DNA of 64,000 bases from a virus (taxonomy: Duplodnaviria > Caudoviricetes), in the IMG/VR virus record IMGVR_UViG_3300038679_000357, positions 96,001-160,000 of that record; one strand, 5' to 3'. Position numbers and translations under genes: made by a program. Shown here in pieces: positions 20,342-31,100 of the stretch; within the stretch, counting starts at the first letter, position 1; each line of letters begins with the position of its first letter. The notes under the pieces are model-generated. The model saw only the letters and a list, made by a program, of their open reading frames with translations, had not been told where the DNA came from and did no database searches.

Positions 20342-20764
20342 TCAAACTTCCCTTACCTGCCAGAAATTCCACGGAAGAGGGGCGATACTTGCAGGATTAA
20401 AATCTTCCGAAAAATCATTAGCTGAGTATTTTGCCCTGATTCTAGCATATTCCGTCCATACATTGTCAGACCAATTTTCAAGGTCAGTTATCCTCGAAAG
20501 CCTGGTGACTGAACTTGATGAATCGGACTTCCAAGCAATGCACCTTTTTTGAAACTTGTCGTCAAAACCAGACTCTTCATCAATCCAATCATTGACAGTT
20601 GCGTACAGAATCTCAATCGCTGCACTCTTAGCATTCTGCTGTGCTTGCTCAAGGCTATCGGCAACCACCTGAATTAACTCTGAATTCAATCCTGATACTT
20701 TGTCGTCATTAGATAAAGAATCAACCAATGATAAATCAGACTTTTTCAAAATAAACATACTCAT
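20342..20764 (-). CDS. Hypothetical protein, possibly a tail fibre assembly chaperone, 140 aa
   Basis: AGGAG RBS; directly downstream of the tailspike gene; helical and Trp-rich. Function inferred from position only. Confidence 0.4.
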   Translation of the reverse strand: MSMFILKKSDLSLVDSLSNDDKVSGLNSELIQVVADSLEQAQQNAKSAAIEILYATVNDWIDEESGFDDKFQKRCIAWKSDSSSSVTRLSRITDLENWSDNVWTEYARIRAKYSANDFSEDFNPASIAPLPWNFWQVREV

Positions 20765-20789
20765 ACTTTATCTCCTACTAACTTTTTTG

Positions 20790-23700
20790 TTAAGCCAATA
20801 TCGACCCGCCAGTAGCTGTCAACTCATTAGCTGTAGTTCCAGTTGGTTGAGTGCTACTCTTTCCTATTGTAGATCCTTGCGTTGCGTATAGTCCATAAGT
20901 TGGATTCGTTCCAGTTGATGGATTTGATCCGGAAACCACCACGCAAGTATCTGCATATATTCCGCGATAAAGATTTGATACATAGTTGTTATTTATATTT
21001 GAATTACATCTATTGGCTCGGATACCAACATTCGTATTAGTCTTTGCAGCAGCAAGAATATAGTTTGCAGACACGGTTGCAACCATACCTAGCGACATAT
21101 AAACTCCAGAACAATCATTTACATTTGGGACTCTGATTTTTAAATTTCGAACAATAACAAAGCAGGCACATCGTTCAAACCAAAGCACGCCATTGGCTGC
21201 TCCAGCCCATGTATTAGCATCGATATATACCGCTTGAGTTGTATACGCGGCTGTTCCTTCAGTAGTATCACCCTGAAAGTATAAAAACCCTCCACTAAAA
21301 TCTCTGACAGCCACATTGGAATTCCAAGTGTGAGTACCATTAGCAAACTGGAATGTAAGTGAATAACCATCTAATTCATTTGGGCAATTTGATACTATAG
21401 TTTGAACTTGAGCAGCAGTCATAGATGTTGGTATATTAATCGTAACTCCGGCTCTCAATCTAATGAAACCACCATTTGTTCGTAAGAACGGGGATACAGA
21501 CCAGGACGGAACATCTCCTCCGCTAATTGACAATAATCCGGCTGTAGTTACTGAAAGCCCATAATTACATGCGGTACCAGTCCCTCTATTATCGTTGGAA
21601 TTTGCTAACGACCTATCGATATGGATTGCACGGTCCATATTGCTTAAATAGTTTCGTGATAGATCACCTGGTCCGACTGCAAAAAATCTTATTCCAAAAT
21701 TGGTGTTTGTTTTACCAGAACCTAAGATATAATTATCAGCAACAGTAATGTAACCTGAATGATTCGCAGCATATACCCCATTAGTGTTCGCTACATCTGG
21801 AACAGTTATCTTTAAATTTTTAAGATTAATTTGAACACTATTCCTAAGAAGTTGAATAACACCTGCTGTGCCACCAGTTCCACCCCACGATCCAGCATTC
21901 AAATGAACAGCTTGAGATGTGTATGGTCCACTTCCTTCTGAAATATTTCCTTGAATATTTAATGTTCCATTTGAAAAATTAATAAACTGTAATTGACCGT
22001 TCAATGTATATGCGCCATCGGAAAATTGAAAACTTACCGTAGATGACTTTAAGTCTCTTTGCTGTAAATTAATTGTATTCTGCATTATAGCAGCGGTCAT
22101 AGAGTTGTCAAAAGTAATAGTGTGGTTTGGCACGTTGTATATAGTCCCAGATCGACCGTCATACCCAACTGCAAACGGACAATAATAACCGTTTAAAAAC
22201 GTAGTCACATCGGTTATGCTAATTATTCCGCCATTAATAACATAATGACCATACAATGGCGCAGTTCCTGTACTTGAATTTGCGTTGCACCTTAATTGAG
22301 CACATGAACTAACGATACCATTTTTAACATTACTGACGTAATTCTCCGTGCAAGACCCCTTAGAGAACATCCAATACAATCCAGAACATTCAGTTGTATT
22401 ACCAACTCCAAGAGAATAGCAAAATGACACTTCACAATATAAAGTTCCATAAATAAATGCACCCATACAATTCAAAAGATCTGGATGCGTAAACTTCATC
22501 CACTTAACATAGCATAGGCAAGCGCAATTATTGACGTTTATATTTCTTACGCCCGCGCTCAGTCCAGACCCATTGAGATGAACCGCTTGATTGGTATGCA
22601 TTGTTGTCGCTTCGGAAGAATTACCCTGGATTATTAATGATCCACCATAAAAATCATCATAATTATGCCCAGAAGTAAGTGTATATGTTCCGTCGGCATA
22701 CTGGAATGTTAAAGTGTAAGAATTTAGATTTTTTGGCTGAGAGTTAATGATATCTTGAATCTGAGTATCAGACATTGAGTTGTCAAAATTTACAGTAATA
22801 TCTTCCGTCAACTTAACATCACCAACAACCGATCCAGAAAGCTCCTCAGTTACCTGAAGAAATGTTTTTGACACCCCTCCATATATCTTTGTTCCACCAG
22901 ATCTCCATCCTACAACATGTATGGTGTCTCCATAAACCAAGTCCAATGTTTTATCCAAGTTAACAAAAGAATTTCCAACAGATATGACAGCGCCAGATTC
23001 AATAACTGCGGTTGAAGTATTTTTGTATACGATCCCATACCCAGATGTCGTATCAAACATCAATTGCGCAACAATCCTATATTTTGCATCTTTCGGGCAA
23101 GTCCATATTCCGGTTGTATTATTATAAGCGGAGTCTATATCAATAGGCTCCGAGTCAAATATCACAGTTGTTTCAGTTTCATTGGAGATAGTTTGATCAG
23201 TTGACCGATAACCATCGACACGCAATATTTCACGACTGAAAGATCCGCCAGAATTCACCCCGTAGCCACGACAAATTAACTTACCAGAAGTGAAATCGGA
23301 AGAACTAAGAGAATATATCGTAACCGAAGCAATCGCGCTAGTGCTCTTCCAGAACCCACCAACCTTATAATTAACGACACCAGCATTTTCCGAGGTCGAA
23401 GATTCATAATCCTGACCATCACCAACATACGCTTTATAGTAAGACGTTTCCTTGAATGATGGAACTATTAACTTCAATGCCCCGCCATAGTTCGCTGATG
23501 CCGTCGACCCAGGGATAGCTCCTATAACCCCATACGACAAGCCAGCTCCATCATTGGATAAACCACCTTCAGTATTGTCAGCGGTGGCATACCGACCAAC
23601 TGAATCATAATTACTGCCAGTATCTCCATTGAATCTGATACCAATATAATCCTGATCAGCAGAAACGTCAGATCTTCCATAAATTAATATTTCTAAATCA

Positions 23701-24080
23701 TCTCCAGAGATATTATTCACAGGAATTGTTATCGAATTTACACCCGTTAAATCAGCTTCAAATTTCTGCTGAAAATTGAATCCAGACTCAGCAATCTGAG
23801 TCAATGCAGATTTTCGTATAAGCCCATCGCTAGTTTTTGAAGAATCGTAGTAATTATCTATGATGGACGGAATTTCAGTATCAACCCTCGACATTGCCGC
23901 TTGAAGATCGGCGTCAGACGCTAATATCCCAGTGAATGACGTGTTATCCACTGATATATCTTCGGCATTAGCGTTTGTCTCATCAAGAACCTTATTCCCA
24001 TCACGAGTCAATCCATCAACGTCGGACGATAATCCCTTACCGTTGACGTTGGCATCAAGAAAACCTACATGTTTTACCAT
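20790..24080 (-). CDS. Tail fibre/tailspike: C1q-like domain plus three tandem right-handed beta-helix domains, 1096 aa
   Basis: C1q-like segment (TDQTIS...VIFD...YNNTTGIWTCPKDAKY...GDTI). Three ~225-aa repeats begin with a conserved [FI]xxSM..[AQ]..Q...TFQF.DGTY...G.L..QG...TNQAV motif followed by Asn-rich beta-helix turns. Confidence 0.8.
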   Translation of the reverse strand: MVKHVGFLDANVNGKGLSSDVDGLTRDGNKVLDETNANAEDISVDNTSFTGILASDADLQAAMSRVDTEIPSIIDNYYDSSKTSDGLIRKSALTQIAESGFNFQQKFEADLTGVNSITIPVNNISGDDLEILIYGRSDVSADQDYIGIRFNGDTGSNYDSVGRYATADNTEGGLSNDGAGLSYGVIGAIPGSTASANYGGALKLIVPSFKETSYYKAYVGDGQDYESSTSENAGVVNYKVGGFWKSTSAIASVTIYSLSSSDFTSGKLICRGYGVNSGGSFSREILRVDGYRSTDQTISNETETTVIFDSEPIDIDSAYNNTTGIWTCPKDAKYRIVAQLMFDTTSGYGIVYKNTSTAVIESGAVISVGNSFVNLDKTLDLVYGDTIHVVGWRSGGTKIYGGVSKTFLQVTEELSGSVVGDVKLTEDITVNFDNSMSDTQIQDIINSQPKNLNSYTLTFQYADGTYTLTSGHNYDDFYGGSLIIQGNSSEATTMHTNQAVHLNGSGLSAGVRNINVNNCACLCYVKWMKFTHPDLLNCMGAFIYGTLYCEVSFCYSLGVGNTTECSGLYWMFSKGSCTENYVSNVKNGIVSSCAQLRCNANSSTGTAPLYGHYVINGGIISITDVTTFLNGYYCPFAVGYDGRSGTIYNVPNHTITFDNSMTAAIMQNTINLQQRDLKSSTVSFQFSDGAYTLNGQLQFINFSNGTLNIQGNISEGSGPYTSQAVHLNAGSWGGTGGTAGVIQLLRNSVQINLKNLKITVPDVANTNGVYAANHSGYITVADNYILGSGKTNTNFGIRFFAVGPGDLSRNYLSNMDRAIHIDRSLANSNDNRGTGTACNYGLSVTTAGLLSISGGDVPSWSVSPFLRTNGGFIRLRAGVTINIPTSMTAAQVQTIVSNCPNELDGYSLTFQFANGTHTWNSNVAVRDFSGGFLYFQGDTTEGTAAYTTQAVYIDANTWAGAANGVLWFERCACFVIVRNLKIRVPNVNDCSGVYMSLGMVATVSANYILAAAKTNTNVGIRANRCNSNINNNYVSNLYRGIYADTCVVVSGSNPSTGTNPTYGLYATQGSTIGKSSTQPTGTTANELTATGGSILA

Positions 24081-24121
24081 TGACTAACCCCGCATAAAAT
24101 CTAATAGAATCATTCAAAAAA

Positions 24122-25681
24122 CTATATTAAAAATCCTCGCAAAATAGCCGTCGCAGAATGTGTCGTGCTACCTCCCGCTACGGTAACAGTCATCTGAATC
24201 ACAGATCCAGATGAAATAACCGTAGAAAGAAGTGCTCCTGCATCCCATGTTTCACGCGCATTGGCTACATTCATTATTTCCGACAACTCTACTGGAGCAA
24301 GGATAAAATCAAGATCGTCACTAACACCCAACTCAATCGTAGGCATTGTTGATGCCCCGGAAATAGAATTTACGACAATATCAAAATATTCAATAACAAA
24401 CCTTCTCCCTGATGGTACGGTAAAAATTGTTGACGAAGCTGCTGACGTCAGTGATACTGAATCATTGTAAAACACTACAGTTTTCGAACTTAATGTATTA
24501 AGCGCCAATTGAACATTTGTATCAGCGGACGTTAACCCGGCGGTAAATAACGTTGTGTCGGTGTTGATCTGCGATGCAATTGGCGTAACTGGATTGGACC
24601 CAACAGAAGAGGTAGTATTGCGTCTCCAATCAACATATGTTCCACCCGTATCTGTCGAGACAATACGTGCTTTAACTGTATTTGAGTAAACTGTGCTGGT
24701 TTGAAATATAACCGTTCCGATGAATATGTATTCTTTAGCAGCTAAACCAGCCGTGTAAATACTAGTTATTTCATTTTTCGCCCCAATTCTAGCATTGGCG
24801 ATTGTTGTGTATTGAGATTGACCTTGAATAGCGTAAATCTGTCTTATTATATCATTCGTCGCAACAAGATGACATAAAACGAAATTCCCTTGTCCTACTT
24901 CAGTTTGCTGCCAGGTCGAACCAGTCCATTGATTATAAGCAAGACGACCGTTTCCTCCGACAAACGATTTTACAGGAAAGTTTGTAGCAGTATCAAGATT
25001 AACCACTCCAGATGCACCGCTGTAATATATAATAGGTATATTTGCTGGAGCAGATTTAGCAGAAATCGAAAGCTGAATATCTTCATCGTTGATTATACCA
25101 GATTGCACACCTAACTGAGCGTGCGTATCAAGACTACCACTTTGGTCTACGAGAATATCAGTTACGCCAAGACCAGACACATATAGCGTCCCGATGCCCT
25201 GATGTAATCGTAAATGAGTTACTCCATCCATAAGGCATGTATGTCGTTCATCCCCAATGACGATACTCTTATCGTTTATAGCGTCCCAAAAAATATTGGC
25301 AACATATACGTGCTTTAATATGAGATCATCAGAAAACGTCGTTGTCTCTGTCAAATTTCCAGTAGAATAATCAAAATATACAAAATGATACCCAGTTACA
25401 TCTGATATTTCTATTGACTGTGTACCTGTTTTCGTATATTTCACCCCCTTCATGTAAAACATAAAAGAGGAAGAAGTAGGAGAAATAGAAAAAATCCTCG
25501 TGCCATCAACAAACGAAATCGTCGTCTCAGGCACGAGGGGGAAACCAGTTGGATCATTGGTTGTTGTGGCAATGGCGAGAGGACCGTCCTGCCATGTGAC
25601 AGAGCCGTCACCAGAGGACGTTGGAACTCGACCGAGCACTTGCCCGGTCGATTGTAGCCATTTTACTTCCTGTTTTGCCAT
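24122..25681 (-). CDS. Putative tail fibre/virion structural protein, 519 aa
   Basis: Thr/Gly-rich beta structure. The A..I..D...F...L...D.NVQ.AL linker is shared with the 1096-aa gene, and the C-terminal domain is shared with the 179-aa gene. Confidence 0.65.
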   Translation of the reverse strand: MAKQEVKWLQSTGQVLGRVPTSSGDGSVTWQDGPLAIATTTNDPTGFPLVPETTISFVDGTRIFSISPTSSSFMFYMKGVKYTKTGTQSIEISDVTGYHFVYFDYSTGNLTETTTFSDDLILKHVYVANIFWDAINDKSIVIGDERHTCLMDGVTHLRLHQGIGTLYVSGLGVTDILVDQSGSLDTHAQLGVQSGIINDEDIQLSISAKSAPANIPIIYYSGASGVVNLDTATNFPVKSFVGGNGRLAYNQWTGSTWQQTEVGQGNFVLCHLVATNDIIRQIYAIQGQSQYTTIANARIGAKNEITSIYTAGLAAKEYIFIGTVIFQTSTVYSNTVKARIVSTDTGGTYVDWRRNTTSSVGSNPVTPIASQINTDTTLFTAGLTSADTNVQLALNTLSSKTVVFYNDSVSLTSAASSTIFTVPSGRRFVIEYFDIVVNSISGASTMPTIELGVSDDLDFILAPVELSEIMNVANARETWDAGALLSTVISSGSVIQMTVTVAGGSTTHSATAILRGFLI

Positions 25682-25696
25682 TACCTACCTATCCAA

Positions 25697-25708
25697 TGAT
25701 TCTACAAC
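25697..25708 (-). promoter_or_regulatory. Promoter-motif variant GTTGTAGAATCA
   Basis: Intergenic, 15 nt before ATG 25681. Confidence 0.55.
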
Positions 25709-25714
25709 CATTCA

Positions 25715-27091
25715 TTAGGGAGTAGAACTGCTGGAACTGCTAGAGCTACTTGAGCTACTAGAAGGAACTGCTGTGCCAGAATACAACACAGTCAATTTAT
25801 CTCCTTCCTCAAGCAATCCATCAAGACCAAGAGATGTCCACTTCAGCCTATCAGTAACTACACCGTCCATAGTATAGTCATCGCTGTAATATTGTGCAGG
25901 AGCACCTTTGACAAGAAGTATGACATCCTCAGCGGCAGACGGAACAATCGACAAGGTAATGTATTTATTAGAGATGTCGGTTGCCGTAAGAACAAACTGC
26001 TCAACAACCGTCCCAGTAAGTCCAGCGACCGCACTGTCGATGTAGTCCTTGTTTGCCGCATCTGTCGCAGCCAACGGAGTTCCAACCTTGATAGTACCAC
26101 TGGCTGTAGCAAAGTCATAAGTCTCAGATAGATCCAACTCAGTTGCGCCAACTCCGTCAGCCTTAATTCTGAGGCGACCACCGTTACCAGTATCACCTTC
26201 GATTGAAGTGTCATCTACTTTAACCGCAACGCCATTTGCAGAAACATTAATAGCGGTAGCGAGATTTGCACCACCAGTCGAATCAGCAACAACAGATACG
26301 ACATAGCTGGTAATATCAATACCATTTCCTTCGGTATACGGAACAGTCTGACTGAACTGAGTAAATACAATCGGATCGGTATCAACAGATATATCACCGG
26401 CTGCTACTACAACAAAACCACGACCAGCGTTGAAAGTGCCCTGCTCAACAAACGTAAAGTTTCCACCAGATACCTCACTGGACGGAGAACCATCAAAGTC
26501 AGTTGCACGGGTCAAAACGGTAGCGCCAACACCACCGACTGTCGTAACAGTATAAATACCATTATGAACGTTTGATCCGTCTACACCATTTTTGATCAAA
26601 ACGCGCATCGTCGTTGCATCAAGATCAACTCCGTCAATCGTGGTAAGACCAACAGCAGGAGCGGTAAGAGTTTTTCCTATGCCACTTCCAGAAGGTGTCC
26701 ATGCACCAAGGTCAGATACCGTTGCTACCCTAACCGACTTTTTAGGATCAAGACCTGCCGCAATACCATCAGCATACGCCTTGTTGACAAAATCACTTGC
26801 ATTAGTTGGAACAACTGAAGATTGCGGCAATGTTGTGGAGAATGTCCACAACTGGGTGATGGTCTCAGTTTGGTCCAATCTGGCAATATAAGCGCTATCA
26901 GCCAGTTTCGAAAAACTTATGCTTCCCGCCAACTGCCCGTCAGTAACGCCAAGTAGCTTAATATTCAAACCATCATTAGTCCTTTCGAGAGAGCCACCAG
27001 TCGAAACAACTTTTACTCGCAGCGCGCCAGACCCATTATCTTCCAACGACTGTGAATCTTTGTTGATCCATTTAGAGTTCATCAACGCCAT
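25715..27091 (-). CDS. Putative tail/head fibre protein with C-terminal poly-Ser, 458 aa
   Basis: NKAYAD.IAAGLDPKKSVRVAT...TIDGV...RVLIKN...NGIY...TRATDFD...FVEQGT is a common phage fibre domain; GAGGT RBS. Confidence 0.75.
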   Translation of the reverse strand: MALMNSKWINKDSQSLEDNGSGALRVKVVSTGGSLERTNDGLNIKLLGVTDGQLAGSISFSKLADSAYIARLDQTETITQLWTFSTTLPQSSVVPTNASDFVNKAYADGIAAGLDPKKSVRVATVSDLGAWTPSGSGIGKTLTAPAVGLTTIDGVDLDATTMRVLIKNGVDGSNVHNGIYTVTTVGGVGATVLTRATDFDGSPSSEVSGGNFTFVEQGTFNAGRGFVVVAAGDISVDTDPIVFTQFSQTVPYTEGNGIDITSYVVSVVADSTGGANLATAINVSANGVAVKVDDTSIEGDTGNGGRLRIKADGVGATELDLSETYDFATASGTIKVGTPLAATDAANKDYIDSAVAGLTGTVVEQFVLTATDISNKYITLSIVPSAAEDVILLVKGAPAQYYSDDYTMDGVVTDRLKWTSLGLDGLLEEGDKLTVLYSGTAVPSSSSSSSSSSSSSTP

Positions 27092-27116
27092 AATTTACCT
27101 CATCCTTGTTTTATTT

Positions 27117-28124
27117 TCAGAATACATACCTAACAATCATGGTATCTCCTTCAGATAGCACTCCGTCTAACGTTAACCCATTCCAAGAAATTCTTGGAGG
27201 AGATAACAAAACAGTGAAATCATTTGAAGAAACCAAAGAAAATGACCCTGCCACCGCAACTTCAACCAATGATAACGGGTTTGGAGTATTCGAAAGTTCA
27301 ACATATTTGTTTGATATATCCGTGGCTGTAAGAGTAAAAGTTTGAGCTACATGAACATGGTTTGGTATAACCACACCACCATTTACCACAAGATCAGATA
27401 TGGCACCTGTAATTGTCATGCCGCCTTCGTAATATATAACTCCGCTACCAACAGTTATGGCATAATCTGGAAGAGTGCTGTAATCATCGTTTTCATAGCA
27501 CTGTATCTTTGCTCCATCAGAAGACATGATTCCGTAGGTTGTTCCAGAAAATACGCAAAAACTTACCGAAGCATCAACTCCTAATAAAAACAAACCTATA
27601 TTTCCATTTAACTTTGAAGAGGCATGAAAATAACATCCTGACACATACACTGGAGTGCTTGAACCAGACGCGGTAACGCAAGAATAATACATACTATCTT
27701 CAGCTATAATGGATAAGTTATATATCCTTGTCACACACCTGATGTCAGAAATATCCAATCCAACTGGTAAAATCACAGATTGGTTAGTATGTCTATCGCT
27801 CTTGTCCTCCAGCATATTACCGACGATTTCAACTGTGCCGTTCATAAAGCCAGAGAAAGTAAGGCGATCCACCATTGACGAATACGTTCCATCAGCAAAT
27901 TGAAACGTCAATGTGTGTCCACCGAGGTCAACGAGTATGGCGTCAATCAAAGCTTGAGCGGCAGCAGACGTCATTGACGAATTAAAGTTCACGACTGTAT
28001 CAGACGTAAGAGAAAATAGACCAATAATGCCTGATGGAGTGGTAAAACCACCATTGGCGAACACCTCCGTACTTGCTGTCGGAGTTATCGGAAGATAATC
28101 ATTTGGAAATATTTTACTAGCCAT
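27117..28124 (-). CDS. Short beta-helix tail fibre/spike protein, 335 aa
   Basis: One copy of the beta-helix cap motif of the 1096-aa gene; C-terminal LTATDISNKY domain shared with the 458-aa gene. Confidence 0.7.
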   Translation of the reverse strand: MASKIFPNDYLPITPTASTEVFANGGFTTPSGIIGLFSLTSDTVVNFNSSMTSAAAQALIDAILVDLGGHTLTFQFADGTYSSMVDRLTFSGFMNGTVEIVGNMLEDKSDRHTNQSVILPVGLDISDIRCVTRIYNLSIIAEDSMYYSCVTASGSSTPVYVSGCYFHASSKLNGNIGLFLLGVDASVSFCVFSGTTYGIMSSDGAKIQCYENDDYSTLPDYAITVGSGVIYYEGGMTITGAISDLVVNGGVVIPNHVHVAQTFTLTATDISNKYVELSNTPNPLSLVEVAVAGSFSLVSSNDFTVLLSPPRISWNGLTLDGVLSEGDTMIVRYVF

Positions 28125-28134
28125 TCTTCACCCA

Positions 28135-31100
28135 TCAATATTCCGTATAGATATTATTCCCATTCCAGTCAAGAATATCATTTCCATCCCAATCCTGTAA
28201 GAAAAATAATCCAGCATTCTCAGACGAACTGCTGCTTGAACTGCTACTTGATGAGCTATTACTTAAACTACTACTTGATGAACTATTGCTTGAGCTACTA
28301 CTTGAACAACTACTCGAAAAACTTGATGAACTTGATGAACTACAGCTTGACGAAGAACTAAATGACTGTGACGAGCTGCAACTTGACGAACTGCAACTTG
28401 ACGATGAACTAAAAGATTGAGAGCTACTACTCAATGAGCTTGACGAACTACTACTACTCGATGAGCTTGCAGATGATGACGATGGAGCAATAATCCTCAT
28501 GATTGCCCGAGACTGAAGCGAAGCTACATCTGCCACATTGTCTTGATCGCTCCATGACGGGTTCGTCCTCAACCAATCTGTCGTCCATCCATGAACACTT
28601 CCTCCGCTATGGATAACTCCCTCGTTGCGGATATTTTCTTCATCAACCCATTTAGGACGTTTAACATCGGAAACAACAGGAACAGCAAAGGCATCTACGT
28701 TGAATGGTTTTTCAATAAAACGCGATCCTCTAAGATAAAATGGATATTCAGACCCGCTTCCAGCAACTGGAGCAACTGACGAAGCAGATACTGTCAACAC
28801 GCTCCTGGAATACATCATCGTTCTAGTAAATGAATAATAACTAAACGACGCCTTTTTTGCCGGACCAGAATAAACTACGCCAACATCGCCGGTAAACCCA
28901 TCGAGAACCTGTCCATCAACGTCCAATGAAAAATTAACGTCAATCGGCATGTATGGATAATGAGAATCAAGATCATAAACAACATGTATCGTTTTTGCTG
29001 GACGGTCATCATAAATTCGAACGCCTGAAATAGAAATTCCAAGCCACGAATCAGAAACAGAAAATCTAGCTGTATGCTCGGAATAATTACCATCAGAATC
29101 GAATAATCCAAGCCTATACCTAATCACAGATGATGGTGATAAAATTGACGAAGATGGGAATTTATATTCCCTAGCATTTCCTGACTCATCGACAAATGTC
29201 GTCCAGGTCCCGCCGTCAACAGATGCTGACATTGACACAATAAATGGAGAAGGAGATGGAGATGAAAATTCAACAATAAAATCAGTATCACCAGATCGTG
29301 GCGGTCTGGTTTTTCCATCATCTCCATAAAAAACTATTTCATCAACGGTAAATAACGGAGCATCAAGATACAATGTTATTTCAGCTCCAGAAGCGACAGA
29401 AACAGACGAAAAAGAAACAGTCCCGATAGACGGAAGATTGTACGCTCCGGCGTCATTTCCGCTAGAATCAAAAAATAGCACAAGAGGTGTATCGGTAATA
29501 AATTGTGACTGACTTGGCATTACTCCAGGATAATCGCTCAAAACCCCTGAAGACTGAAACGCAGCAAGCATTCCATACATAGGAGATTGTGGGGCGGAAT
29601 ACTGTTGACTGCGACCAACAACAACGGTCCCAGTTTTTCCAGCATCACTACCGAACGAAGATGGAGAAAGACCAAACGCAGGAGTAACTGGAGAATCTCC
29701 TGGACACATTCCAGTAGTTAAAGTAGATAGTCCGTAGGCAGCCTCAAATACAAGAATTTCTTTCTGCTCTGTCGTTAAGGGGATCGGCGTACCGCCAACT
29801 ACATTGTAAAAATTAGGATATACCGTCCATAAATCAAAAAATTCAGCGGGAGTTTGGAGATAATCATCAAGAGAGAAATCATAAGATGATACTGGAGAAA
29901 GCGAAGATACACACTCTTTTAGAACCTGACGCCACCACATCGACACAATTAACACATGCGATTTATGTGTCCTCGTAACCCCATTACACACCTCGCTGGT
30001 AATAAACTCCAGCGAATACGCACCATGAACGCCGTAATCAATACTTTTTAAATAGCTATCCTGGGTTGCCGCAGGAACATTGAATGAAATAGCGCCTTCA
30101 TTAGTTAAATTACCAAGTGAATATCTTATGCCAGAGAATAAATCGCGAACAAATAATTCAGTAGAAGATGAAGATCCCACCGCCGTTATCTTACCATTAT
30201 CTATGACGTATCCATAACTCAATGATGGAATATCACTGTGAATGACGATTGATTGTCCAGTCATGGAAACAAGAGACTGAAGTCCAGATCCCTCCACCCA
30301 CGTATCGCGGAAACCAACAATTGGAATGTCCCTTCCAATCATCCCCCTTGGAGGACGCCTACCGTAAGATGAAATAAATGAGGAACCGTAAATACGCGAG
30401 TCCGATTCAGCAGACTTTATTAACTCTTTATCATTAACAATAGATGCAATCAATGGATGGCGCGGCGGAACTGGAGCGAACGACAAATTAGAAAATGAAT
30501 GATGCAATCCAGAAATCGACGATCCAAGAGACCGCCTCAAAGTTACATTGGATAGCCTATTGGAAGAAAAAACAACCTCTCTCATGCCATCCATTACTGC
30601 CGCAATCATTCCATCGGCATATTCGGTAGCCCATATCACATTAGAAAATAGCAAGGTATATGGAGAAGATGTACCCTTTTCTGAAGCATACTGTATGCCT
30701 TCGATCGACAATACTGGAAAATCATTTGGAAATTGATAAACCTTCACGGAATCGGTATCGGCAACGCATACTCTCGTAGAATTCGTAAATGTAGCTGATT
30801 TTGGAGAAGATAAGGAGAATAACTGAGTTTCATAAACAATCGTTCCAACGGATGGTTTTATTGCTCCGTCTATTGGATCTAGCCACTCTATGATATTTAC
30901 TTGATTAATAGCGGAAAGAGTAATACACAAGTTTCCAGTTGAAGGATCATAATCACAATGAACTGGTTCCACGCCAGGATCGTAAGAATACATCTCCGTT
31001 CCGTCAGACAAAATATCGGCAACAACTGTGTATGGAACAGTGTTATCGTAATCAGTCAGGAATATTCTAACCAATCCAGCCACCATGCGAGCGACTGCAT

